Below, piece after piece: positions 8,392-16,315 of a DNA stretch of 16,330 nt; position 1 is the stretch's first letter; the number at the start of each line of letters is the position of its first letter. A program made the position numbers and the translations under genes. This stretch comes from a bacterium. Its GTDB lineage: Bacteria; Zhuqueibacterota; Zhuqueibacteria; Oceanimicrobiales; Oceanimicrobiaceae. The stretch is from contig JBHHXT010000104.1 in the NCBI GenBank assembly GCA_046757165.1, forward strand, positions 1 through 16,330, in the 5' to 3' direction. The notes beneath the pieces were generated by a model that ran no database searches, had not been told where the DNA came from, and saw nothing but the letters and a program-made list of their open reading frames with translations.

Positions 8392-10227
8392 TTGACTCGC
8401 CCCTGGCCCAAAGTTGTGTTTCTCGTGTGGCTGATCGTGTCGTCTGCCAGCTCGAGCGCTCAGGAAGTTCGTGTAGAAGACCTCGAGTTCAAGGGCAACA
8501 AGAAGCTCTCCTCTGGCAAGCTGGCGAAGGCCATTCACACACAAGCCAACCCATGGTACCGCCTCTTTATGCGGTGGATCGATTCTCGAATTTTTGATGA
8601 AGAAGTCTTTCTCACGGACTTGCTCCGTATCGAAAGATTCTATCAACAGGAAGGGTATTTGCAGGCCAGAGTGAAAGACTATGACCTGAAATTCAACAAG
8701 AAAGGCGATGAGGTCAACATTGTGGTCCATATTGAAGAGGGCGAGGCGACCAAGGTCAATGAGGTGCAGTTTGTCTTCAAAAGCGACTCCTCCCGCCGGT
8801 TGACCCCGGAGCGCCTCCAGAAGCAGGTCAAGCTGAAGCCCGGCAAACGTTACCGCGAGGAAGATTTGAAGCTCGACTACGAAAAAATCGTTGAGCGGTT
8901 TGCCAACAACGGCTATCCGTACATCGATGCCCGGGTGCGGCCAACCGTCGACTTGCAGCGCCATCTGGTGGACCTGGAGTGGGTGCTGCAGCCGGGGCCG
9001 TTTTGTCGTTTCGGAGAAATCCGCTACTCGGGCAACCATCATGTTTCTGCCGGGTCCATCCGGCGCGGGCTTGGACTCTCGACCGGCGATCCGTTCCAGC
9101 AGAAAAAATTGATCAATGCGCAGAGTCAGGTTTATCGTCTGGAGTTGTTTCAATTCGTCAGCTTGCAGGCGACCAATCTGGAGAACCAGCCGAGCCGGAT
9201 TCCCATCGAAGTCAAGGTGCGGGAAGCGAGGCTGCGGACGCTAAAACTCGGCCTGGGGTTCGGCTCTGAGGAAAAATTTCGCGGTTTCGGGCAGTGGCGC
9301 CACCGCAATTTCCTCGGCGGTGCCCGCATTCTGCGAATCGGCGCCAAGCACTCGACCCGGCTGCTGCCCCTGGAGCTCGAGCTCGAGCTCAGCCAGCCCT
9401 ATTTTTTGTCCAATCGCAATGACTTGATCGTCAAGCCGTTCTTTATTTGGGAAGAAGAGAACAGCTTTCAGGCACGCAGAATCGGCGCCGAGACCACCCT
9501 CAATCGCCGTTTGACCAGCAAGACAAACGGCTTTTTCACCACCCTGGTTGAGCGCGACACCGTGGAGGTGCGAGGCCAGGGCGTGGCACCCCAGGCCTCA
9601 GGCGAATATAAAAAGTCGATTCTCCGCTTCGGGTTTCGCCATGACTCATCCGACCAGTTGTTCACGCCGACGCGCGGCAGGGTCAGCATCGGCTTCATCG
9701 AAGAATCGGGCCGGCTGTTGAACACGCCCTTCAAGTACATCAAATTGTATACGGAGCACCGGTTTTATGAGCAGTCGAAAAACAAGAAATATGTCGTCGC
9801 TGCCAAGATCGCTTTTGGGGCCATGAAGCGTATTCGCGGCAGCAAAGATACGCCTATCGCCGAGCGGTTCTTTGCCGGTGGCAACTATTCGGTGCGCGGC
9901 TGGGGCCGGCAACTGCTCGGGCCCCTGGAACCGGATAGCACGGGCACGCCGTTGCCGCGCGGTGGCAACAGCATGCTCGAGGGTAGCATCGAATACCGGC
10001 GGCCGCTCTTCAAACAGTTCACCGGCGCGTTGTTTCTGGACTACGGCAACGTTTGGCCCGAATGGGACGGCTTCGACGTTTTCGATCTCAGGTACGCAAT
10101 CGGCGCGGGCTTGCGCTACAATACGCTCATCGGGCCGGTGCGCATCGATTTCGCCTGGAAGGTCAACAAGCAAGAACTCGACGAACGGGATTATGAAATT
10201 CACCTGAGCATCGGGCAGGCGTTTTGA
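8392..10227 (+). CDS. tamA: Omp85 (BamA/TamA family) outer-membrane protein with 3 POTRA domains; TamA-like partner of the adjacent TamB
   Basis: Maximal ORF begins at 8308, but TTG at 8392 gives a normal signal peptide (TRPWPK-VVFLVWLIV-SSA/QE). Three POTRA units (VEDLEFKGNKK...FYQQEGY; KVNEVQF...FANNGYPY; FGEIRYSGN...LELFQFV). Barrel motifs HRNFLG, RFFAGGNYSVRGW, LFLDYGNVW, GAGLRYNTLIGPVRIDFA and C-terminal SIGQAF. Confidence 0.85.
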   Translation: MTRPWPKVVFLVWLIVSSASSSAQEVRVEDLEFKGNKKLSSGKLAKAIHTQANPWYRLFMRWIDSRIFDEEVFLTDLLRIERFYQQEGYLQARVKDYDLKFNKKGDEVNIVVHIEEGEATKVNEVQFVFKSDSSRRLTPERLQKQVKLKPGKRYREEDLKLDYEKIVERFANNGYPYIDARVRPTVDLQRHLVDLEWVLQPGPFCRFGEIRYSGNHHVSAGSIRRGLGLSTGDPFQQKKLINAQSQVYRLELFQFVSLQATNLENQPSRIPIEVKVREARLRTLKLGLGFGSEEKFRGFGQWRHRNFLGGARILRIGAKHSTRLLPLELELELSQPYFLSNRNDLIVKPFFIWEEENSFQARRIGAETTLNRRLTSKTNGFFTTLVERDTVEVRGQGVAPQASGEYKKSILRFGFRHDSSDQLFTPTRGRVSIGFIEESGRLLNTPFKYIKLYTEHRFYEQSKNKKYVVAAKIAFGAMKRIRGSKDTPIAERFFAGGNYSVRGWGRQLLGPLEPDSTGTPLPRGGNSMLEGSIEYRRPLFKQFTGALFLDYGNVWPEWDGFDVFDLRYAIGAGLRYNTLIGPVRIDFAWKVNKQELDERDYEIHLSIGQAF

Positions 10228-10292
10228 TACCAGAACAGACGAGACAGACTCATGCGATGCCGGGAGTCACAGGGCGAGTGGCCAGGGACCCA

Positions 10293-10352
10293 CAAATATT
10301 GCTGGACACAGGGACAGTTGTTAACATCTTGCCCATAAAGGGGCTTAGGTTG
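10293..10352 (+). pseudogene. Possible fragment of a retropepsin-like aspartic protease gene
   Basis: The frame of ORF 10224-10535 reads QILLDTGTVVNILPIKGLRL, resembling the LLDTGAxVNVLPxxxGLxLG signature of bacterial single-domain retropepsins. The rest of the ORF does not continue the pattern and has no ILG motif. Confidence 0.35.
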
Positions 10353-10372
10353 GTTTTTCTGTCGCACTGGTG

Positions 10373-10449
10373 CTTAGAAACATTTCACGCCTACGGCGTT
10401 GACCGTCGTGTAGGGCGTACAAAACCGCGTAGCGGTGACATATTTATGG
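10373..10449. repeat. Inverted pair of REP-like hairpin units
   Basis: Copy 1 (minus, 10400-10373) A-ACGCC-GTA-GGCGT-GAAATGTTTCT. Copy 2 (plus, 10423-10449) A-ACCGC-GTA-GCGGT-GACATATTTAT. 18 of 25 positions are identical, and the four stem differences are compensatory. Confidence 0.6.
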
Positions 10450-10545
10450 CCAATTCGTCCCATAAAGGTTTTCGCTCGTCCAGAGCGAAAAGCAGAGGGA
10501 TGTCTACTGCACACAACTTTGAAACTCCGTTTTAGCAGTTCGATC

Positions 10546-10575
10546 TTGACATGACAACTTGTGAATAATTCTAAT
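10546..10575 (+). promoter_or_regulatory. Candidate sigma70 promoter directly upstream of tamB
   Basis: TTGACA (10546-10551), 18-nt spacer, TCTAAT (10570-10575), in AT-rich context. AAGG at 10591-10594 precedes the GTG at 10599. The -10 box lacks the important second-position A. Confidence 0.4.
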
Positions 10576-10598
10576 CTAAACAACCAATTCAAGGCAAC

Positions 10599-13500
10599 GT
10601 GAAAAAACTGGCCAAAGCACTCTTTTGCCTGACCGCCTCCCTGCTCTTGCTGGTCGTATCGTTTGCCGCCATTTCGCAGACGCGGTCGTTCAAAGATTGG
10701 GCTCGAATCAAGCTCCTGGCCCTGGTCAATTCAAAGATAAATGGCGAGCTGAGCGGGCGGCAACTATCGGGAAACTTTTTCACCGAATTACGATTCGAGC
10801 ATCTCGCCCTGGACGTGGAAGGAAAGACTGTCCTGAAGATTGGGCAGTTGTCGCTGCAATACAATCCGCTGGCGCTGCTTTCGGGGCACGTATCCTTCAA
10901 GAAAATCATCATCGAGACACCCTGGGTCTATCTGGCTCGAGATCCTCACTCCCGATGGAACCTGAGCAAGATCCTGACCGAGTCCGGCCGGCAGGTTGAG
11001 ACCGGGGCTGAAGCGTATGAAGAGCCATTCGGTTGGCAGCTCGATCTGCCCAACATAAGAATCGTGAGCGGTTCAGCCGGGTTGGAGCCTGCCACTGCGC
11101 GGCGATTGGGTGTGCCGCAAAGGCTGAAGAATCTGGATTTGAATCTGGGGCTCTGGCTGCACAACGATCTGCTGAAGGCCTCGCTGGAGAACTTGAGCTT
11201 TGAAACCGAAGCGCCGGCGCTGAGAGTCCGGACGCTTCTCTCTGATATGGCGCTGGATGACCACAACCTCAAGGCGAGCAATTTCGAGATTTCGACCGAG
11301 CAGTCAGAATTGCAAACTCATGTCGAGATCGAGAATCTCGAAGACCCGGTTATCTCTCTGCAGGTGACCGGCAAGCCGGTTTCCCTGGATGAAATCCGGC
11401 GAGCTGTGCCCGAGGTAAAACTCTATGGCAATCCACGCATCGACTTTGAAGCCAAAGGTCCGCTCCGCAACCTGGCTGTGAAAGGAGGGGTGCACTGGGG
11501 CAAGGGCAAGATAGATTTCTCCGGAAAACTGGATGTTGACGAATCGCCGTATGAATACGATCTGCAGGGCGCGGTTTCGGACCTGAATCTGACGGAGCTC
11601 ACCAATGACTCGACCTACCAAAGCGATCTGAATTTTGGATTTGACCTGCGCGGGCGCGGCACGGACCGGGAGGATCTGACCGCCACCCTGTCAGCCGAAT
11701 TCGACACGAGCAAAGTGGCTGGAAAAACGTTCGAAGCGGCAATCCTGAGGTGTGAGGTCAGAAATGACACCATCGACTTCGACCTGGACTCGGAGGTGGC
11801 GCACAGTACGCTCGCGCTCACCGGCACCCTGGTGACCGCAACCAAACGCCCGGCCTACCAGATGACCGCGCATGTCCGGAACCTCGATGCGGACAGGTTC
11901 GACCCGGGTTTTGGAATTTCGAGCGATCTGAATTTCTCTTGCGACCTTCGCGGCAGCGGCTTCGAGCCGGAGGCTTTGTCCGCGCACCTCCAGCTCTCCC
12001 TGTTCCCGTCTCGGATCAACGACGTGCCTATCGATTCAGCCCGGATCGATCTTCGTCTCGACAAGCAAAAGATGACGGTGCAAAAGTTTCGCCTGCACTC
12101 GCCCGTGGGTGAAGTTGCGGCTCACGGCCTGCTCGCGTTGCAGGGGGAGAACAACCTGGAGCTGAACATTCGCTTCTCTGACCTTTTTCCGTTTTCGCCG
12201 GCCGTTGCCGGCGACACACTCGCGGGCAGCGGCACGTTTGACGCAACGATGACCGGTCCGGCCGACTCGCTTCACTATCAGGCCACCCTGGATATGAGCG
12301 GCGTCAGAGTGACGGACCTGCGCATCGGTGGGCTTCATGCCACAGGCAGCGGCCTGTTCACCCACAGCGGCAATCAATTAACGCTCAGAGGGGTGTTGGC
12401 AGAGATCCAGCGCGGACCGGGCATGGCCGTTGACACCGCTGCCTTCGGAATCGAATATGTCGCCGCCCGCTCCCTATTTGACGTCAGCTTGCAGAAGAAC
12501 GACCTCTTTGCGGCCGCCACGCATGGGCAATTCCAGCTCGAAGGCAAGGCTTATGTTGCTGAGTTCTCGGACCTGGAAATCGACTTTCTCGACCAAACCT
12601 GGCAACAAGCCAGCGAGAATGCCACGTTGCATGTTCGAGCCGACCAATTCGACCTCACGGGACTCATTCTGCACTCTGACCAGCAGACGCTGATGTTGGC
12701 AGGTAGAATTTCGACCACGGGCAGTAATGCGTTCCGGTGCGAGCTGAGGAATTTGGATGTTCAGCCCTACCAGGGCCTCGTCAGTGAAACCATCAACGTG
12801 CAGGGCAGGCTGAGTTTTGAGGCCTATCTGGCCGGCACCTTTGCCAACCCTCGTTTTGACGGCAGCGTGGTTTTGGATAAAGGTCAATATTATGAAGTGC
12901 CATTCGAGAAGTTTCTGGCCAGCTTCGAGTTTCAGAACGAGCTGCTGGCCTGGAGATGCACCCTGGCCAAAACAGGCAGTGACAGCTTGCTGGAAGCAAA
13001 CGCAAGATTGCCGGTAAGACTTTCGTTATCGCCCTTCGAGCACCGGTTTCTCACCGATGAACCCCTTGAATTGAAAATCAGCACACGTGGCCTCGATCTC
13101 TCGTTTCTACAGGCGTTTACACGCGAGGTGGAAAAGATTGATGGCAAGCTGGTGGCGGATGTGGTTTTGCGAAATACGCTCAATGACTTACGCGGGGTGG
13201 GCCCCATTCGTTTGATCAACGGCGAATGCACGATTCCGAAACTGGGAACTCGATATGAACAAGCCAACCTGGTACTGGTTCTCGACGAAAAGCAGCTCAT
13301 CATTCGAGATTTTAGCATGCGCTCGGGCGGTGGCTATATGCGCGCGCTCGAGGGCAACCTCTCTCTGTCCCGCGACCGCATCGAAAACTTCAAGTCCAGG
13401 ATCAAGCTCAAGAATTTCGAGCTGGTCCATAATCGACAGATGCAGGCCCGCGCCGAGGGGATCATCGAGCTCTCGGGCAGTGTGCAATCTCCGCAGTTTT

Positions 13501-14495
13501 CCGGCTCGTTGACGGTCGATCAATCCAGAATTTTCTATGAGGCGCTGAAGACAGAAACCGCGGTCGCTCTGACGGCGCGGCCGTTTTTTGTCATTTCTCC
13601 TGATTCAACGATCTTCGATAGCGCCGGGGCGTTGCGTTTCCAGAAAAGTGAAGAGGTGCAAGAAAGCAAGTTCCTGGAATCAGATTTCTACAAGCGCCTG
13701 ACCGGCGAGCTGTCGGTCTACTTTCCGAGAAACGCCTGGGTGCGCAGCTCGGACACCGCCATCGAAATCGAAGGAGATGTGGTCGTGGTCAAGGAGAGGG
13801 GACCGGATTTCGTGGTCTTCGGGTCGTTTTCGACCATTCGCGGATTCTACGAGCTCCTGGGCAACCGGTTCCAAATCAACAAAGGCGAGCTGGTCTTTAA
13901 CGGCGAGGCCGAGCTCAACCCGGCAATCTCCATCGAAGCCGCCACCACTGTGCTCGAAAACGTCGACAGCGGCAACCCCGAAAAGCATGAATTCAAAGTC
14001 CTGATAACCGGCACCCTCCTGTTCCCTGAATTCGCCTTTACCCTGGATGACAAAGCTGCCGAGCAGGACGATATCGTCTCCATCCTGCTTTTTGGCAAGA
14101 CGAATGACGATCGCAGCAAGCAGTTCCCCGGTACCCCTTCCAGCCAGGGCAGCGATGTTAAATCAGATCCGGGCCTGGACGAACGGGCCAGAGGGTTGGT
14201 CGCCGGCCAATTGTTGAAACAATTGTCTGGCCGACTGGGAAAGCGACTGAACCTGGACGTCATCCAGATAGAAAGCGGGGGCAGCCTGACCGATTCAAAA
14301 GTCCGCGTCGGCAAGTATGTGACCCCGGAGGTGTTTGTGAGCGTCAGCCAGGATTTTGGCGCCGAAGGCAATCAAATTGTCGAGCTGGAATATGAAATCC
14401 CCTTGAATCTCCGCTTTTTGAATTTGCTCCTGCAAGCCTCCAGCGACCGCAAAGGGGACACGGGACTCGATGTGATCTGGAAAATTGAATGGTAA
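10599..14495 (+). CDS. tamB: Translocation/assembly module TamB-family protein (AsmA-like N-terminus, DUF490-type C-terminus), 1298 aa
   Basis: N-terminal membrane anchor followed by the AsmA/TamB-like start (QTRSFKDW...LNSKINGEL-like, PWVYLARDPHSRWNLSKIL) and a long beta-rich body. TamB C-terminal hallmarks: RGFYELLGNRFQINKGELVFNG...NPAISIEA, QDDIVSILLFGK, LNLDVIQI, VRVGKYVTPEVFVSV, VELEYEI, TGLDVIWKIEW. Adjacent to an Omp85 gene. Confidence 0.9.
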   Translation: MKKLAKALFCLTASLLLLVVSFAAISQTRSFKDWARIKLLALVNSKINGELSGRQLSGNFFTELRFEHLALDVEGKTVLKIGQLSLQYNPLALLSGHVSFKKIIIETPWVYLARDPHSRWNLSKILTESGRQVETGAEAYEEPFGWQLDLPNIRIVSGSAGLEPATARRLGVPQRLKNLDLNLGLWLHNDLLKASLENLSFETEAPALRVRTLLSDMALDDHNLKASNFEISTEQSELQTHVEIENLEDPVISLQVTGKPVSLDEIRRAVPEVKLYGNPRIDFEAKGPLRNLAVKGGVHWGKGKIDFSGKLDVDESPYEYDLQGAVSDLNLTELTNDSTYQSDLNFGFDLRGRGTDREDLTATLSAEFDTSKVAGKTFEAAILRCEVRNDTIDFDLDSEVAHSTLALTGTLVTATKRPAYQMTAHVRNLDADRFDPGFGISSDLNFSCDLRGSGFEPEALSAHLQLSLFPSRINDVPIDSARIDLRLDKQKMTVQKFRLHSPVGEVAAHGLLALQGENNLELNIRFSDLFPFSPAVAGDTLAGSGTFDATMTGPADSLHYQATLDMSGVRVTDLRIGGLHATGSGLFTHSGNQLTLRGVLAEIQRGPGMAVDTAAFGIEYVAARSLFDVSLQKNDLFAAATHGQFQLEGKAYVAEFSDLEIDFLDQTWQQASENATLHVRADQFDLTGLILHSDQQTLMLAGRISTTGSNAFRCELRNLDVQPYQGLVSETINVQGRLSFEAYLAGTFANPRFDGSVVLDKGQYYEVPFEKFLASFEFQNELLAWRCTLAKTGSDSLLEANARLPVRLSLSPFEHRFLTDEPLELKISTRGLDLSFLQAFTREVEKIDGKLVADVVLRNTLNDLRGVGPIRLINGECTIPKLGTRYEQANLVLVLDEKQLIIRDFSMRSGGGYMRALEGNLSLSRDRIENFKSRIKLKNFELVHNRQMQARAEGIIELSGSVQSPQFSGSLTVDQSRIFYEALKTETAVALTARPFFVISPDSTIFDSAGALRFQKSEEVQESKFLESDFYKRLTGELSVYFPRNAWVRSSDTAIEIEGDVVVVKERGPDFVVFGSFSTIRGFYELLGNRFQINKGELVFNGEAELNPAISIEAATTVLENVDSGNPEKHEFKVLITGTLLFPEFAFTLDDKAAEQDDIVSILLFGKTNDDRSKQFPGTPSSQGSDVKSDPGLDERARGLVAGQLLKQLSGRLGKRLNLDVIQIESGGSLTDSKVRVGKYVTPEVFVSVSQDFGAEGNQIVELEYEIPLNLRFLNLLLQASSDRKGDTGLDVIWKIEW

Positions 14496-14505
14496 AGCCG
14501 CTTTT

Positions 14506-14534
14506 CTGCAAAGCCGATTCTATTGGTGTATAGT
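14506..14534 (+). promoter_or_regulatory. Candidate sigma70 promoter (distal) for the DUF1186-like gene
   Basis: CTGCAA, 17-nt spacer, TATAGT. Confidence 0.3.
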
Positions 14535-14582
14535 ACTGAAAGCAGCGTATCAATCTGAAACGGTCGCGGGCCACGATTGTGC

Positions 14583-14611
14583 TTGATATTTCGAGCCGTC
14601 GTCACTACTTT
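14583..14611 (+). promoter_or_regulatory. Candidate sigma70 promoter (proximal) for the DUF1186-like gene
   Basis: TTGATA (14583-14588), 17-nt spacer, TACTTT (14606-14611). Confidence 0.45.
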
Positions 14612-14751
14612 TGGGCTTGCGAGTTCTTTGATTTGGAAGAAACCTGAAAGGAGCGAGGATTGACCTGACACCGTTTTGGTGACGAACCGCAGGGGCCGCA
14701 AGAAGGGAAAGCGGCAAACTCATGATTTACCGGGCATGGAGGTTAACCAAA

Positions 14752-15570
14752 ATGAAACGGGGTGGAAAGGAGCAAACCTATCTGCGATTGCGCTCACTCA
14801 TCAATAGATTACACACCACCGATTGCGTCATCGACGACCAAATCTTGCAAGACATTCTCTCCTACGGCGAGCTGGCTGTGCCTCACCTGGAAGCCATTCT
14901 TCGCGCTGCCGTACAAAAGAGCTCACAACTCGACCCGCGCGTGCCACCCAAAAGCACCCAGTGGTTTGTTGTCGTGCATGCGCTCTATCTGCTGGCTCAT
15001 CTACCGTCCGGTGAATCGCTTGACTTGATCCTGACTTTTCTGGCGCAAAAACAGCCGGTTCTGGACTACTGGTTGCAGGACTTGCTCGATGAAGATATGT
15101 GGGAGATTCCGTTTTTGCTCGGAAAGAATCAGCTCGACAAGTTAGAAACCTTTGTTCTGGACCAGAACAACAATGAGTTTTCCAGACTGGCGGTGTGCAC
15201 AGCGCTGGTGCAAATTGCCCTCCAGGATCAGAGCAAAAGGCCTGCGGTTCGTGAGATTTTTCGCACGGTCCTGCACCAGAAAAAGGAAGAGCCGGATTTC
15301 CTAGGCCTGGTGGTCAGCGAGCTCATGGATTGGCGCGATGAAGCGCTGAACCCCGCCATCCTCGCCGTGCTGGCAAGAAACCAGGTCTACGAGGGCATCA
15401 TCACCGCCGAAGAAATCAGCTTGCTCTATCAACGACCCCATGTGCGCATGCGCGCCGTCCCGGACCTGCTGGAAAAATACGCAGAGTTCCGTCAGCACGC
15501 CTACTTTTCCAAAACCGCACCCTCGCCTGAAAAGATCACCAAGCAAGGAAAAGTCCAAAAGACGTTGTAA
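14752..15570 (+). CDS. DUF1186-like alpha-helical protein, 272 aa
   Basis: GGAGGT at 14738-14743, 8 nt before the ATG at 14752, favours this start over 14722. Motifs AVPHLEAIL, HALYLLA, LDYWLQDLLDEDMWEI, NEFSRLAVCTALVQIA and LVVSELMDW resemble the DUF1186 pattern. No signal peptide. Confidence 0.7.
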   Translation: MKRGGKEQTYLRLRSLINRLHTTDCVIDDQILQDILSYGELAVPHLEAILRAAVQKSSQLDPRVPPKSTQWFVVVHALYLLAHLPSGESLDLILTFLAQKQPVLDYWLQDLLDEDMWEIPFLLGKNQLDKLETFVLDQNNNEFSRLAVCTALVQIALQDQSKRPAVREIFRTVLHQKKEEPDFLGLVVSELMDWRDEALNPAILAVLARNQVYEGIITAEEISLLYQRPHVRMRAVPDLLEKYAEFRQHAYFSKTAPSPEKITKQGKVQKTL

Positions 15571-15728
15571 TGGCAAACGGTGTCGTTTCCGGTTGACTTA
15601 TTCGAAACGACTCCCTGAATTTCGCTCTGTTGTTGCAAGCCGTCCGACCGCTGCAAAGAACCCGGGCGCAACAAAGCCGCAAAAGAGAATACCCCGGGCA
15701 CCCAAGGATTACGAGAAGGCAAAATGGC

Positions 15729-16136
15729 ATGGAAACTAGAGTCGAGACCCAACTGGAGAATCTGCTGAACACCAGCAAGGCTGAACCTGCCTTCAAACAG
15801 GCAGTGCTCGATTTCGCACAAAACAAGAATTCAACCCTGATCAAATATTCACCCGCCCCAAAAATCAAAATCCTGCGGGTGCTGATGAAATTGCTGGAGA
15901 CCTTCTCGGATAAGCCTATTGCTGAGGTCACCATCGAAGGCACGTCTTCCTGTTCGGCCTTCTCCGGAATCCTGACCTTCGGTCCAAAACAAACTGTCGT
16001 GCGGTTCAACTGGGACTGCTCCTGGAAGGCGCAAAAAGAGGGGTATATCACCTGGTACGGCGCGCCAGACCAAACCAAAGCAGCCATGAAGTTTGGGTAC
16101 GATTGTTTTGAGAGGTTCGAGGTTGTGTCGGAATGA
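15729..16136 (+). CDS. Hypothetical cytoplasmic protein, 135 aa, with aromatic/Cys-rich C-terminal motif
   Basis: ATG at 15729 preceded by AAGG; the longer TTG extension from 15630 looks non-coding. Protein-like composition and motif FNWDCSWKA...GYITWYGAPDQTKAAMKFGYDCFERF. Confidence 0.75.
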   Translation: METRVETQLENLLNTSKAEPAFKQAVLDFAQNKNSTLIKYSPAPKIKILRVLMKLLETFSDKPIAEVTIEGTSSCSAFSGILTFGPKQTVVRFNWDCSWKAQKEGYITWYGAPDQTKAAMKFGYDCFERFEVVSE

Positions 16137-16150
16137 ATTTCCCCTAACTT

Positions 16151-16174
16151 TGGGTCGACGAAATCCGTCGCTCA
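16151..16174. terminator. Hairpin just after the 16136 stop; possible 3' end or terminator element
   Basis: TGGG-T-CGACG-AAATC-CGTCG-CTCA stem-loop. There is no U-tract on either strand, so it is not a canonical intrinsic terminator. Confidence 0.25.
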
Positions 16175-16267
16175 GCCGTCCACTCCTCTGGCGCTTTCTC
16201 CGGCATCTCCAAAAGTCGTCTCAGGTCGAAGCCGGTGATGGAGTGAATCGGGGCCGCTGCGCTCTTT

Positions 16268-16315
16268 TTTGCTTGTTGCGCTCAGCGGCTCGTCCGCTGG
16301 AGCGCTTTGTTGGCT
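16268..16315 (-). mobile_element. Degenerate short integron attC-like site
   Basis: Minus strand: AGCCAAC (R''-like), AAAGC, GCTCCAGC (L''), GGACGAGCC, GCTGAGC (L'), GCAAC, then AAGCAAA where GTTRRRY (R') is expected. L'' and L' pair with one extra base. Confidence 0.5.

Noticed and set aside
9373..9391. GAGCTC x3 tandem repeat in tamA
   Set aside because: In-frame coding of an ELELEL beta-strand; too short to indicate phase variation.
10332..10468. CCCATAAAGG direct repeat (10332-10341, 10459-10468) as CRISPR-like
   Set aside because: Only two 10-nt copies, 127 nt apart; no array and no cas genes in the window.
8340..14701. Short and medium ORFs overlapping tamA and tamB (e.g. 8377-9153, 9646-10203, 13847-14371)
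   Set aside because: Shadow ORFs of strongly supported genes.
15582..15621. GTCGTTTC/GAAACGAC inverted repeat around TTGACT as a terminator or operator
   Set aside because: 14-nt loop, no U-tract and weak -10 (TGAATT); function cannot be supported.
15301..16087. Minus-strand ORFs 15301-15576, 15501-15821, 15536-16087, 15849-16073
   Set aside because: Antisense to better-supported plus-strand genes.
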